DNA of 64,000 nucleotides. It comes from Pseudomonadales bacterium (GTDB lineage Bacteria > Pseudomonadota > Gammaproteobacteria > Pseudomonadales > Azotimanducaceae). The position numbers and the translations under genes were made by a program. The notes under the pieces were generated by a model, which saw nothing but the letters and a program-made list of their open reading frames with translations, was not told the DNA's origin and made no database searches. The stretch is from positions 162,975 through 226,974 of the forward strand of contig JAVKCL010000015.1 of the NCBI GenBank assembly GCA_040222775.1. Reading direction: 5' to 3'. Positions 29,585 through 39,432 of this stretch are shown here, one piece after another (position 1 is the first letter of the stretch; the number at the start of each line of letters is the position of its first letter).

Positions 29585-29613
29585 TTGACAGTACCCGGGG
29601 GGCAGTCTATAAG
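29585..29613 (+). promoter_or_regulatory. Sigma70-type promoter upstream of the TonB-dependent receptor
   Basis: TTGACA (29585-29590), 17 nt, then TATAAG (29608-29613). Confidence 0.6.
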
Positions 29614-29822
29614 CTACAAATAGGCCTACTGCGGTTATAAAAACGAAGGCGAAGCTGCGCGGCAGTGAAGCTGTAGAAGCTGAAGTACGGTCGGAGAATT
29701 GGGGCCTCGGCGTGCGCTGACACCTGTTGGAGGGCGGTTTGCGTGCAAAGGGGATCATGTTGTCGTTGTTGGAGCAGGTCTACCTGAACTATCGACGATT
29801 GGGTTAATTTGGGGATTTAATA

Positions 29823-32750
29823 GTGAAAGCTACTTTCTTGCGCATGAGCGGAAGTCTTCTGTCCGTTGCGATTGTATGCGCCATCGTTCCACTACAAGCT
29901 CTGGCTGCTCAGGGCAGACAGATCGAAGAGGTTATTGTCACGGCGGAGCGCAAAGAAGCGTCCGTGCAGGACACCTCTATTTCTATTACTGCATTTACTG
30001 GTGAGATGCTCGAAGACTTCGGTATTCGCAACCAGGAAGATCTGCAGAACTTCATTCCAGCAACGACCATTCAGCCTTACGACGCAACGGTGCGCGGCGT
30101 AGGCCGTAACTTCCGTGCGTTGGGTGGTGACCCTGGTGTTGCGACTTATATGAACGGTGTTTACTCAGAAGACCTGTTGACCGCTACAGCGGCGACCTTC
30201 TGGGATGTTGAGCGTATTGAGGTACTGCGTGGCCCACAGGGTACGCTGTATGGACGCAACGCGGTCGGCGGTGCCATTAACATTCTGTACAAAAAGCCGG
30301 ACCCCGAGTTTGACTATGCACTGCAAGGCATTGTTGGTAACTACGGTACCGAAGAGTACTACGGCATGGTCAACGGTACGCTGGTCGAAAATCAGTTGTA
30401 TGCCCGCGCCAACTTCAGTATTCGTGACCGCGAAGGTGTGATTGAAGAAATTGGTCCTGGCAGTGATCTGGACGGCCTTGGCACCAAGAACTACGCCGTG
30501 CAACTACAGTGGACGCCAAGCGAAACACTGACCTTCGACGTGCGCTACAACGAGATGGACATCGACCGTCCATTTGGTGGCGCTAACGGTGGTGGTGTGG
30601 TCGTGTTGAATGAAGAGAACTTGCCACAAAGAAACACCACGGCCGTGGTGCCTGGCTATCGTGCGATAGATACCAGTAATACCAACCCTGCTAACTTTGC
30701 GCAGAACAATTGGTATGACGCCACTCAGCCCATTCTCAACTTCACAAACCCGACCACGGGGGCACCGGTCCAGGCGCAGCATAATCGTCTGGGGGTTGAT
30801 GTTGCAGAATTTGACGGGTTTAGAAACGCGGCGGCATCATTAAACGGATTTGGTGTGACCAACGCGGCTACCGCTGCACGTTACAACGAATGTGTGTTCG
30901 AGGGTGACATTGACGGCGATGATGTCTGTGCAGCGACTAACGGACTCAACTTTGAAAACTTTGATCAGGAAGGTCTGCAGTTTACCCTGACCTGGGATTT
31001 GAGCGATTCAGTTGAGATCAAGTATATCTACGGCAGCAATACACTGGTCTATCAGCGCACCACGGATGACGACAATACTGCGAGCTTGATTCAGGATCGC
31101 CAGTTTTACGTGAATCACGAAGCGACTTATTCGTCGCACGAGTTGCAGGCGTTTTATGATGTGAGCGATACACTCTCATTTACTACCGGCATTTTCTTCT
31201 ACGATGCAACTATTGATCAGCGAGGCGACTATTATTCATCTGTGGGTGAAGACCGCTTTATCAATCCTTACAACGATGTTACTGGATTGGATGCTGTGGT
31301 TGCCGCCGCGTTACCGGGCGTAATTGGTGCTGGTACCTACAACGGTCAAATGCCAACGCTTCATTCGGCTAAGAACCTGTGTGCCGATCCGGCTACCCGT
31401 TTGCCACAATGCGCTGTTAACTATGCCTCTCGAAACCCGGCACCTGCGGAAAACAATAATCTGCACGTCGGTGTTTGGGGCGGTGATAGTGGTCAGAACG
31501 GCGATCTAAATGTATCGCATGGCCCAAATACTCTGGGAAGTGATCTGCTTTACCATACTCAGACGAAACGCGATGCCTTTGCTGCATACACTCAAGGCGT
31601 GTGGGATATCAACGAAACGTTCACGCTGACCTTTGGTATTCGCTACGCAGAGGACGAGCTTTATTCTGAGGAGAATTTGTTCCGTTACACTGAATTAGCA
31701 CCTGGGTTCATACCAGCGCTTGCACCGCTGACGGGCATACCAGATCTGTTCACGTATAACCTGGTAAACGGCGGTGTAGTGGCTGATGCGTCGGCCCCGG
31801 GTGGTTTTAGTGGTACTCGTCGTGCCGTTAACGGTGGTTTCCCTGCGGCAGTCAGTGTCTACCGCGCTTTTGATCGCACTGACCGAGAGGTGACCGGTCG
31901 ATTGAATCTGGATTACAACGTCACCAACGACATACTGCTGTATCTGTCTGCTACCTCCGGTTATCGTTCTGGCGGAAACAATCTGGTGTTCTTCAGTGCC
32001 ACACCCGACTACGACCCTGAAGAACTGATCGCCTATGAATTCGGTTACAAGATGCAGTTGCTTGAGGGGCGTATGCAGTTGAACGGTTCATTCTACTACT
32101 ATGATTACGAATCCATTCATACAGTTGCGACGGAAGTTACACCGCCGTTGGTTCCCGGTGGCGCACCCGGTACTACCACATCGGTTTTACCGGCACCAGG
32201 TGGAGAAATCTATGGGGTAGAGGCCGAACTCACCTGGCTGGCAACCGACTACTGGAGCTTCGGTGGTAATTTCAGCTACACGCCAAGTGAGTACACGGAA
32301 GACCTCTTCCTACAGGACCCAGCAGCGTTTGATACACCTGAATCCCTGTTCCCTGAGGTAAACGCGTTGACCAAAAACATCAATGGCAACCAGATTATCC
32401 AGGTACCCGAACTGAAATACACGACCTGGGCCAGCTACTTTGTACCGTTTGATAATGGTTCCAAGGTTGAGTTCTTCGCTGCCTATAACTGGATTGATGA
32501 AGTTTACTACTCACCCTTCGAATCTGAGGATGAAAAGGCTGAGAGCTACGATCGCCTTGACCTGCGTGCTACCTGGACATCAGGGAGTACCGACTGGATC
32601 GTGTCTGCTTTCGTGAACAACGTGTTTAACGATGTAGGTGTGTTGCAGATTCTGCGAGAAGGTGAAGCAGAATTTTTCCGTCATTCAGCAGGTACCACGG
32701 TACCGCGTTTGTACGGTCTGGAAGTGACTTACAACTTCAACGGTCGTTAA
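29823..32750 (+). CDS. TonB-dependent receptor
   Basis: TonB box IEEVIVTAERKE, plug motif VERIEVLRGPQGTLYGRNAVGGAIN and C-terminal PRLYGLEVTYNF. Confidence 0.93.
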   Translation: MKATFLRMSGSLLSVAIVCAIVPLQALAAQGRQIEEVIVTAERKEASVQDTSISITAFTGEMLEDFGIRNQEDLQNFIPATTIQPYDATVRGVGRNFRALGGDPGVATYMNGVYSEDLLTATAATFWDVERIEVLRGPQGTLYGRNAVGGAINILYKKPDPEFDYALQGIVGNYGTEEYYGMVNGTLVENQLYARANFSIRDREGVIEEIGPGSDLDGLGTKNYAVQLQWTPSETLTFDVRYNEMDIDRPFGGANGGGVVVLNEENLPQRNTTAVVPGYRAIDTSNTNPANFAQNNWYDATQPILNFTNPTTGAPVQAQHNRLGVDVAEFDGFRNAAASLNGFGVTNAATAARYNECVFEGDIDGDDVCAATNGLNFENFDQEGLQFTLTWDLSDSVEIKYIYGSNTLVYQRTTDDDNTASLIQDRQFYVNHEATYSSHELQAFYDVSDTLSFTTGIFFYDATIDQRGDYYSSVGEDRFINPYNDVTGLDAVVAAALPGVIGAGTYNGQMPTLHSAKNLCADPATRLPQCAVNYASRNPAPAENNNLHVGVWGGDSGQNGDLNVSHGPNTLGSDLLYHTQTKRDAFAAYTQGVWDINETFTLTFGIRYAEDELYSEENLFRYTELAPGFIPALAPLTGIPDLFTYNLVNGGVVADASAPGGFSGTRRAVNGGFPAAVSVYRAFDRTDREVTGRLNLDYNVTNDILLYLSATSGYRSGGNNLVFFSATPDYDPEELIAYEFGYKMQLLEGRMQLNGSFYYYDYESIHTVATEVTPPLVPGGAPGTTTSVLPAPGGEIYGVEAELTWLATDYWSFGGNFSYTPSEYTEDLFLQDPAAFDTPESLFPEVNALTKNINGNQIIQVPELKYTTWASYFVPFDNGSKVEFFAAYNWIDEVYYSPFESEDEKAESYDRLDLRATWTSGSTDWIVSAFVNNVFNDVGVLQILREGEAEFFRHSAGTTVPRLYGLEVTYNFNGR

Positions 32751-32795
32751 GCAGATGGCTTAAAAGCAGGTGGTTAAAGCTGCCTGCGACTAAAG

Positions 32796-32826
32796 AAAAC
32801 GGCGTCTTCGGACGCCGTTTTTGTTT
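32796..32826 (+). terminator. Rho-independent terminator
   Basis: AAAACGGCGTC-TTCG-GACGCCGTTTTT with a C(UUCG)G tetraloop and U tract. Confidence 0.9.
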
Positions 32827-32880
32827 GCCGTGAACTTGGTTAGAATGCTTGTCCGCCAAATCGAGTAAGGGGCGCTTCAA

Positions 32881-33951
32881 GTGCTGATGCGACTGATTGC
32901 CACCGTTCTGTTCACCAGTCTCTTAATGACTGCAAATGCCGACATCAAGCGCACGCCGTCTGGTAAACCCGACCTTTCCGGTGTTTACGATACCGCGACG
33001 CTGACCCCCACTGAGCGTCCCGAATGGCTGGGCAATACCGAGTCGTTATACCCCTGGTTTGCCAATTTCCTCAACTGGGCGTTCCAAACCGTTTCTGAAT
33101 GGGCGATTTATAACGACAGCGACCCTGATCGAGAAGCGCCACCTGAAGGTGGCGACGGTAACAATACCGCGGGTGCCGGGGGTGTCGGCGGCTACAATGC
33201 ATTCTGGGTAGACGTCGGCGATGAACTGGGCACGCTGGACGGCAATGTGCCAACCTCCATCATTTACGATCCGCCTGATGGCCGCTATCCGGAAGTGCAG
33301 GAAGGCGTGGAAGAACGGGTAGGCGTCTACTATCAGAGCTTCACCCACGAGAACACCGGCCAGGCGACCTGGCTCGATCATGACGGTCCCGGCCCTTTTG
33401 ATGGTCCGGAATCCCTGGCGCCTTCTGAACGCTGTCTGATTTCCTTCGCCGCCACCGTGCCGACCATTCCGAGCCTGTATAACAACTACAAACGCATCCT
33501 GCAGACCGAAACCCACGTCATGATTCTGCAGGAAATGGTGCACGACGCGCGCATTATCCGCATCGACGACGACCACACGCCGGAAGAGAACCGCAAGTGG
33601 CTGGGTGACTCAGTAGGTCACTGGGAGGGGGATACCCTGGTGGTGAAAACCCGCGGTTTCAAGGACGTGAATGGGTTACCTGGCGCAGATGAGAATCTGG
33701 TGGTGACGGAACGCTTCACCATGATGGAAGACGGCAATCTGCATTATGACTTTACGGTCGAGGATCCCACCGTCTGGAAGGCACCCTGGAGTGGCCGTTA
33801 TGCGTGGCGGGCTGAGCCGAACAGCAAGGTGTATGAATACGCCTGTCACGAAGGCAACTATGCCATGGGCAATATTCTGCGCGGTGCGCGCCTGTTGGAG
33901 TCTGAGTATGAACCGCCGTCAGCCAGCGCCAGTGGAGGCGGACAGGAATAA
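32881..33951 (+). CDS. Conserved hypothetical secreted protein (GKPDLSG...YEYACHEGNY type)
   Basis: Signal peptide, RTPSGKPDLSG, ERC, HDARII, WLGDSVGHWEGDTLVV and EYACHEGN. Confidence 0.7.
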   Translation: MLMRLIATVLFTSLLMTANADIKRTPSGKPDLSGVYDTATLTPTERPEWLGNTESLYPWFANFLNWAFQTVSEWAIYNDSDPDREAPPEGGDGNNTAGAGGVGGYNAFWVDVGDELGTLDGNVPTSIIYDPPDGRYPEVQEGVEERVGVYYQSFTHENTGQATWLDHDGPGPFDGPESLAPSERCLISFAATVPTIPSLYNNYKRILQTETHVMILQEMVHDARIIRIDDDHTPEENRKWLGDSVGHWEGDTLVVKTRGFKDVNGLPGADENLVVTERFTMMEDGNLHYDFTVEDPTVWKAPWSGRYAWRAEPNSKVYEYACHEGNYAMGNILRGARLLESEYEPPSASASGGGQE

Positions 33952-33952
33952 C

Positions 33953-34022
33953 CTGTCTGCTGGTTTCTGCCTGCTGCCTGCTGCCTGCTGCCTGACGCCG
34001 ACTGCCTGACACCGGCTGCCTA
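33953..34022. repeat. Heptamer (CTGCCTG-type) tandem array filling a convergent intergenic gap
   Basis: Four perfect CTGCCTG copies at 33967-33994, with further in-register units either side (ten units in all). Confidence 0.85.
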
Positions 34023-34799
34023 CTGCGTGCTGGCGTCCAGGTCTTTCCAGTGGCGTAGGCCATTGCCCGGGGTGCGGGTCAGACGGATCCAGGCTTCTGC
34101 TGCGGTGATGTGAATAACTCCAGCCATCCAGAAGGTGGCGCCAAACAATTCGCCTACACCGATCTCGGTAGTCGCCATCAGGGTGGCCAGTAAAACCCGT
34201 TCTGTGGCGATACCCAGCATGATGGAAAAGCTGCGGATCATCCATTCCCGATGCGCCGCAAACTGACGTCGGCGTGCGGTGAGATAGGCACGGGCCAGTA
34301 CAAACAAGGTATAGCCCGTGATGGCAACCGTCGCCATGGATTCATTGAAACCGTCACCGGTTGCGCCCATAAAGGGATACAGCGCACCGATGAAAAAACC
34401 TGTACTGGCCCCCACCACACCGCACACCAGAAAGACCCGCCCACACCAGCGGTGCCGGGTGCGGTAGGCATTGCGCACGCGGCGGATAAACTGCAGCGGG
34501 CCGATCAGGACGATCAGCAGGGCGGGAATCAGATGACCGATGGTGGCCACGTAGTGCTCGTAGTAGCGCACATCAAAAGGTCCGTAGACCGACAGTGGAT
34601 CGGCGCTGGGCTGAGTGATGGCCTCGATGATGAAGATTGCGCGTTCGATCACCGAAAACAGGCCCAGGCTGACCAGCGCCAGTACTACGATCCAGCCGGC
34701 CATTTCCAGGCCTTTGCGTAGACCGCGTTGAGCGGCGAACCCTACGCTGGCGGCAGCTGGGATGACTACGGATGGATCGTCTGCGGTAATTTCTGACAT
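34020..34799 (-). CDS. DUF2306 membrane protein
   Basis: HLIP...GPLQF, HRWCGRVF and HREWMIRS, with several TM helices. Confidence 0.8.
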   Translation of the reverse strand: MSEITADDPSVVIPAAASVGFAAQRGLRKGLEMAGWIVVLALVSLGLFSVIERAIFIIEAITQPSADPLSVYGPFDVRYYEHYVATIGHLIPALLIVLIGPLQFIRRVRNAYRTRHRWCGRVFLVCGVVGASTGFFIGALYPFMGATGDGFNESMATVAITGYTLFVLARAYLTARRRQFAAHREWMIRSFSIMLGIATERVLLATLMATTEIGVGELFGATFWMAGVIHITAAEAWIRLTRTPGNGLRHWKDLDASTQ

Positions 34800-34913
34800 G
34801 GGCAGCCTTGAGGTGGGTTTAATACTTAAGTCGCACAGTAGGTGAATTTAGTTTCCTGGTAAATGTCGCTGAACGCGTTATATAGTCTTGCTTTAATCAG
34901 CAGGGTGGGTGGC

Positions 34914-36002
34914 ATGCAGAACAGGACCGTATTATTGATAGCTCTGGTGCTGACAGCGATGGGCTGTGGGACGGACAAAAACCTGCAGGAAAATACGGCG
35001 GAAAACAAAGAGGGACACACGATGCAATCACCTGTTGCGGGGATCACGCTACGACAAATCACGGCCAATGGGCTCAGCATGCGCATCGCCGAGGCGGGCG
35101 ACAGCGGCCCTGTGGTGCTGCTGGCCCACGGCTGGCCGGAATCCTGGTATTCATGGCGTCATCAGTTGACGGGTCTGGCCGCGGCTGGTTATCGGGTCAT
35201 TGCACCGGACATGCGTGGCTATGGTGAGACCGACGCGCCTCAGGCGGTGGAAGACTATGACATAGAGCGTCTGGCGGCCGATATGGTGGGTATTCTGGAC
35301 GCACTGGAGATCGAACAAGCCACCATGGTGGGTCATGACTGGGGGGCCATTGTGGCCGCCCATACGGCGCTTTTTTACCCCGAACGGTTCCACAGCCTGG
35401 TGATCATGAGCGTGCCCTACCGCGAACGTGGCGATGTCGACCCGTTGACCGCCATTCGCGCTCAGGTCGGCGATAACTTTTTCTATATCGCCTATCACAA
35501 CGAACCGGACGGCGTCGCTGAAAAAGAATATGACGCGGATCCACACGGGCTGCTGAGTCGACTGTATCTATCGCCGTCCTCGCCACGTGAAGCGCCAGAA
35601 GTGACTGATCCAAAGCGTGCCGCCGGTGGCTGGATTCCGCGTCTGGGTGCCGCCAAGGCGCTGCCAGACTGGCTGACGGCGGATGATCTGGACTACATTG
35701 TTGATCAGTTTTCCGCTGCCGGTTTCAGAGGTGGTGTCAATTATTACCGTAACCTGCAGCGCAACTGGCAACTGACGGGCGAGCGCGATGATCTGACCAT
35801 CCGCGTGCCGACGCTGTTTATTGCCGGCAGCGAGGATGTGGTCATCGGTGGGGCGGATGAGGCCGCTTTAACCGCCGCCATGAAGCCTGTGGTCGCGGAT
35901 CTGCGCGGTGTTACCCTGGTGCCGGAAAAGGGGCACTGGATTCAACAGGAAGCCCCGCAGGCTACCAATGAAGCCATGCTCAAGTTCCTGAAGGGCCTTT
36001 AG
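34914..36002 (+). CDS. Epoxide hydrolase-type alpha/beta hydrolase with possible lipoprotein signal
   Basis: HGWPESWYSWRHQ, APDMRGYG, GHDWG (Asp nucleophile), NYYRN and GHWIQQE. Leader ends LTAMGC. Confidence 0.88.
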   Translation: MQNRTVLLIALVLTAMGCGTDKNLQENTAENKEGHTMQSPVAGITLRQITANGLSMRIAEAGDSGPVVLLAHGWPESWYSWRHQLTGLAAAGYRVIAPDMRGYGETDAPQAVEDYDIERLAADMVGILDALEIEQATMVGHDWGAIVAAHTALFYPERFHSLVIMSVPYRERGDVDPLTAIRAQVGDNFFYIAYHNEPDGVAEKEYDADPHGLLSRLYLSPSSPREAPEVTDPKRAAGGWIPRLGAAKALPDWLTADDLDYIVDQFSAAGFRGGVNYYRNLQRNWQLTGERDDLTIRVPTLFIAGSEDVVIGGADEAALTAAMKPVVADLRGVTLVPEKGHWIQQEAPQATNEAMLKFLKGL

Positions 36003-37406
36003 TCAGCCGGTCTCAAACAGTTTGGTGTGCAGGGTCTTAAGAGCCTGCGACCAACTGCCGTCCGTACCCTGGCGATAGGCCTGGCTGCCCGGAAACCAGG
36101 CTGAACCGGGCTGGTCTGCAGGCCAGCGATAATCGATGGCGTTGACAGCGGTAAGCACCTGACTTGGTTGCCCAAGTGCGGCGCGCAGATGCACGTTGGT
36201 ATTCGCCACCGCCACGTAATCATCCAGCAGATGCATGATGGCGAGCGCATCCTCCACCTGATCTGACTGACGGGATAGATCGAGTATTTTGTAAGCGTGG
36301 GTGTTCGCCGTTGCCGTCAGCAGATCGGCCTCGGTCGAGTCGATGTCCCGCTGCAGTACTACCAGAGTACCCTGAAACTTCTGCAACACCGCCAGCAACT
36401 CCGCCAGCGGCAGCTCTTTACGCTGACTCTGCAACGCCTGGGTCAGCCCAGCGCGCCAGGTGATACCGACCCAGGGACGGGGTAATTCATGCAACGGTTG
36501 CTGATAGGCCCGCAGTGCCTCGGGCGCGGGCTTGAGGGTGACGGGTGCGGGTAGCTGACTCAGCTCGGTCATGCTGGTCAACCGGGGCAGATCACTCAGG
36601 GTATAGATGTGATCGAATGCCCTATCTACGCCGTCCCACAGCGCCACCGTGGCATTGCGTTTGAGCAACTCAGCGAGTTTGTCCGGCGCGGCGTAAGTTA
36701 CCTCGGTACCCAGCGCAGCCAGACGCGGTGCAAAGCGGAGCAGACAGATCTCATCGCCCAGACCCTGATCGGCCAGCAGCAGGGTACGGCTGTTGGCCCA
36801 GGCGGCCGGCAGGTTGTCACTGGGGCGACCCAGTACCGCGCCGCCCCAGGGTGGGCGGATATAACGCTCGTTGTTTAAGGCCTGCACATGCCATTCGTAA
36901 TCCCGCCAACCCTGCTCGAACTGGCCCAGCGCAAGGTAAGCATAGGCGCGTCGGAAATAGGCGCGGGCGTAGTCCGGTTGCAGAGCAATGGCCTGATCAA
37001 AGCAGGGGATGGCTTCGTGATGCTGACCCAGTTCCTGGAAACAGCCGCCAAGGTTGAACAGCAGGGCGACGGTTGCCTTGCCAGTCAGAGTCAGTGCCGC
37101 CTGATAGTGCTGAAAGGCCTGCGGGTACTGAAAATCAGCCCGGTAGGCCTCGGCGCAGTTGTTGTGATAGTCAGCGCTGTTCTCACCCTGAGGGCACAAG
37201 GCAATGGCCTGTTCGATCAGGCGGGTCGCTTCGCTGTAGTTGCGGCGTTGCTTGGCGATGACACCCAACAGGTGCAACGCATCCGCGTTTTCCGGGTGTG
37301 CCTTGAGCACCGTACGGTAGATGGTTTCCGCTGCGTCCAGTTCACCGCGCTGGTGAAACTGAACGCCGCGATTAACGTTTCCCTGGGCTTGTGAGTGGCT
37401 CAACAC
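36003..37406 (-). CDS. TPR-repeat protein with C-terminal glycosyltransferase-like (GT-B) domain
   Basis: N-terminal TPRs (PENADALHLLG), then GWRDYEW, DQGLGDEI, VGITWRAG, NTNVHLRAALG and SAWFP. Confidence 0.75.
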   Translation of the reverse strand: MLSHSQAQGNVNRGVQFHQRGELDAAETIYRTVLKAHPENADALHLLGVIAKQRRNYSEATRLIEQAIALCPQGENSADYHNNCAEAYRADFQYPQAFQHYQAALTLTGKATVALLFNLGGCFQELGQHHEAIPCFDQAIALQPDYARAYFRRAYAYLALGQFEQGWRDYEWHVQALNNERYIRPPWGGAVLGRPSDNLPAAWANSRTLLLADQGLGDEICLLRFAPRLAALGTEVTYAAPDKLAELLKRNATVALWDGVDRAFDHIYTLSDLPRLTSMTELSQLPAPVTLKPAPEALRAYQQPLHELPRPWVGITWRAGLTQALQSQRKELPLAELLAVLQKFQGTLVVLQRDIDSTEADLLTATANTHAYKILDLSRQSDQVEDALAIMHLLDDYVAVANTNVHLRAALGQPSQVLTAVNAIDYRWPADQPGSAWFPGSQAYRQGTDGSWSQALKTLHTKLFETG

Positions 37407-37464
37407 CTGTTGCGATTCCAGCCTGCATTACCTGCAGTCTAGAACGCATGGGCAAAGCCACCAG

Positions 37465-38814
37465 TCAGTCGCGGATGGTCACGGGCAGTTCGCGGATGCC
37501 GTGGATGAAACTGGAAGCGAGTCCCAACGGCTCGCCGGTGACTTCCACCTTGGGAAAGCGCCGCATGATCTCTTCCCACATGACCCGCAGCTGCATCTCC
37601 GCCAGGCGATTGCCCACACAGCGATGAATGCCATAGCCGAAGGCGGTGTGCTGACGGGGATTCTTGCGGTCAATGCGGAATGAATTGGCATCTTCGATGG
37701 CCTCTTCATCACGATTGCCCGAGATGTACCACATGCACACCCGATCCCCTTTGCTGATCTGTTTGCCACCGATCTCCGTATCTTCGGTTGCGGTGCGCGC
37801 CATATGCGCTACCGGGGACTGCCAGCGCACGATTTCCGGTACCATGGTGTTGATCAGCGCCGGGTTCTGCAGCAGTTTTTCATACTGGTCCGGATGCTGA
37901 TTCAGCGCCAGCACGCCACCGGAAATGGAATTACGCGTCGTGTCGTTACCACCGACGATCAACAGCATGATATTGCCCAGCAGTTCCTGGGGTGTCATGT
38001 TGTTGGTGGACGGGTCGTGCGCCAGCATGGAAATCAGGTCGAATTTAGGCGGCTCTTTCTTGCGTGCTTCGTAGTAGCCCTGAAAATAAGCCAGGCATTC
38101 AAACAGCACCTTGAAGCCCTCGTCCGGGTTCTCAAATGCTTCGGGGTCGGCCAGATTCTGGATGGTATCTGACCACTCGATCAGCTTGAGCCGATCTTCC
38201 TGGGGTACGTCAAACAAGGTGGCCAACATCTGCGCGGTGAGTTCCACAGATACCCGACGCACCCAGTTGAATTCTTCATTGCGTGGCAGATTGTCCAGAA
38301 TGTTGCCCGCCCGTTCGCGAATAAGCGGCTCCAGATCCTTCAGGCTGTTGGGCAGAAACAGTGGCGTAACCACTTTGCGCTGCTGGTCGTGCAGGGGTGG
38401 ATCTTCCTGGATAAACATCGGCAGCGAATACTCATCTTCCCGGTCAGGGATGCCGCCCAGAGCGATACCGCCTTTCTTCTGCTGGGATGAAAAGAGGTCA
38501 TGGTGCGTGTCGACATACATGATGTCTTCGTATTTGGTAACAGACCAGTACGGGCCAAACATACTGTCGGCGTGGTAATGCACAGGATCTTCCGCGCGCA
38601 AACGTTCGAAATGCCTGAAGTGCGTGCCGTGCAGAAACAGCGCTGGATGCGAAGGGTCCATCGCCTCCAGCGGTACGTCATAGGGGTCGTAGTGGGGATT
38701 AATTGCCCAGGCTTCGGCCATTTCCTTGTTTGAAACGGTCATGTCACCACTGCGTGCACGTTTAACCAGATCGCGGCGTTGTTCGTCGCTGCTGTTGAGG
38801 TATATCTGTGCCAT
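37465..38814 (-). CDS. Cytochrome P450, CYP153-like
   Basis: Heme motif FGYGIHRCVG, LLIVGGNDTTRNS, EIVRW and FGPYWSVTKY. Confidence 0.9.
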   Translation of the reverse strand: MAQIYLNSSDEQRRDLVKRARSGDMTVSNKEMAEAWAINPHYDPYDVPLEAMDPSHPALFLHGTHFRHFERLRAEDPVHYHADSMFGPYWSVTKYEDIMYVDTHHDLFSSQQKKGGIALGGIPDREDEYSLPMFIQEDPPLHDQQRKVVTPLFLPNSLKDLEPLIRERAGNILDNLPRNEEFNWVRRVSVELTAQMLATLFDVPQEDRLKLIEWSDTIQNLADPEAFENPDEGFKVLFECLAYFQGYYEARKKEPPKFDLISMLAHDPSTNNMTPQELLGNIMLLIVGGNDTTRNSISGGVLALNQHPDQYEKLLQNPALINTMVPEIVRWQSPVAHMARTATEDTEIGGKQISKGDRVCMWYISGNRDEEAIEDANSFRIDRKNPRQHTAFGYGIHRCVGNRLAEMQLRVMWEEIMRRFPKVEVTGEPLGLASSFIHGIRELPVTIRD

Positions 38815-38925
38815 GGTCAAGTCTCTTTAACGGTCAATAGATCACAATAGAGTGCCAGCTTTTGTGACGTTTTGCGATGCTATACCGCTCATTTTATGTG
38901 TTAGCGAACGCGCAGTATGTCAGCC

Positions 38926-39411
38926 TCAGCTGCTTTTCGGATGCCAGTAGGTCAGGTATTCCGCGTACAGAGCGTAGCCTTCGACACCTTCCACCTCCAC
39001 CTGGTGGCAGGTTGTTAACAAGACCTCGCCCCGACCTTTGTCCTGCGCATCCAGCAGGCTGATATGCGAACGCAGACGCACACCATCGCCAATCACCACC
39101 GGTTTCAGTACGCGCACCTTGTCTAACCCATAGTTCAAGGGACGTTCGCCATCCTGTGGATGCAGGCCGGAGTCCTGAAAGAAGTGTGACAAGAGTCCCA
39201 ACATGTGGAAGCCATGCATCAGGGTGCCGCCGTAGGGACCTCTGGCGGCAAACTCCGGGTCGCAGTGACCGGGCGTGCGCCAACGTGTCACTTCACCGAA
39301 GATATTGACCTGGATCTGATCGATAAACACCCAGTCGCTGACGCCCAGTTGTTCGCCAATGCGCTGTGGGGCTTCGCTGAGCAGAAAAGGTCGGTCACTG
39401 GTGTGGGTCAT
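38926..39411 (-). CDS. MaoC/NodN-like dehydratase
   Basis: LGVSDW, HCDPEFAARGPYGGTLMHGF and NYGLDKVR. Confidence 0.85.
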   Translation of the reverse strand: MTHTSDRPFLLSEAPQRIGEQLGVSDWVFIDQIQVNIFGEVTRWRTPGHCDPEFAARGPYGGTLMHGFHMLGLLSHFFQDSGLHPQDGERPLNYGLDKVRVLKPVVIGDGVRLRSHISLLDAQDKGRGEVLLTTCHQVEVEGVEGYALYAEYLTYWHPKSS

Positions 39412-39432
39412 CAGAATCTCCTTCAGGCTGTG

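Noticed and set aside
29823-32750. Lower GC of the TonB receptor as a sign of horizontal transfer
   Set aside because: T-ending codons (GGT, CGT, GTT) fit high-expression bias, and there are no mobility signatures at the flanks.
33953-34022. Repeat arrays (also 27487-27541 and 3964-3993) as CRISPR
   Set aside because: Units are 6-19 nt in tandem with no unique spacers, and there are no cas genes.
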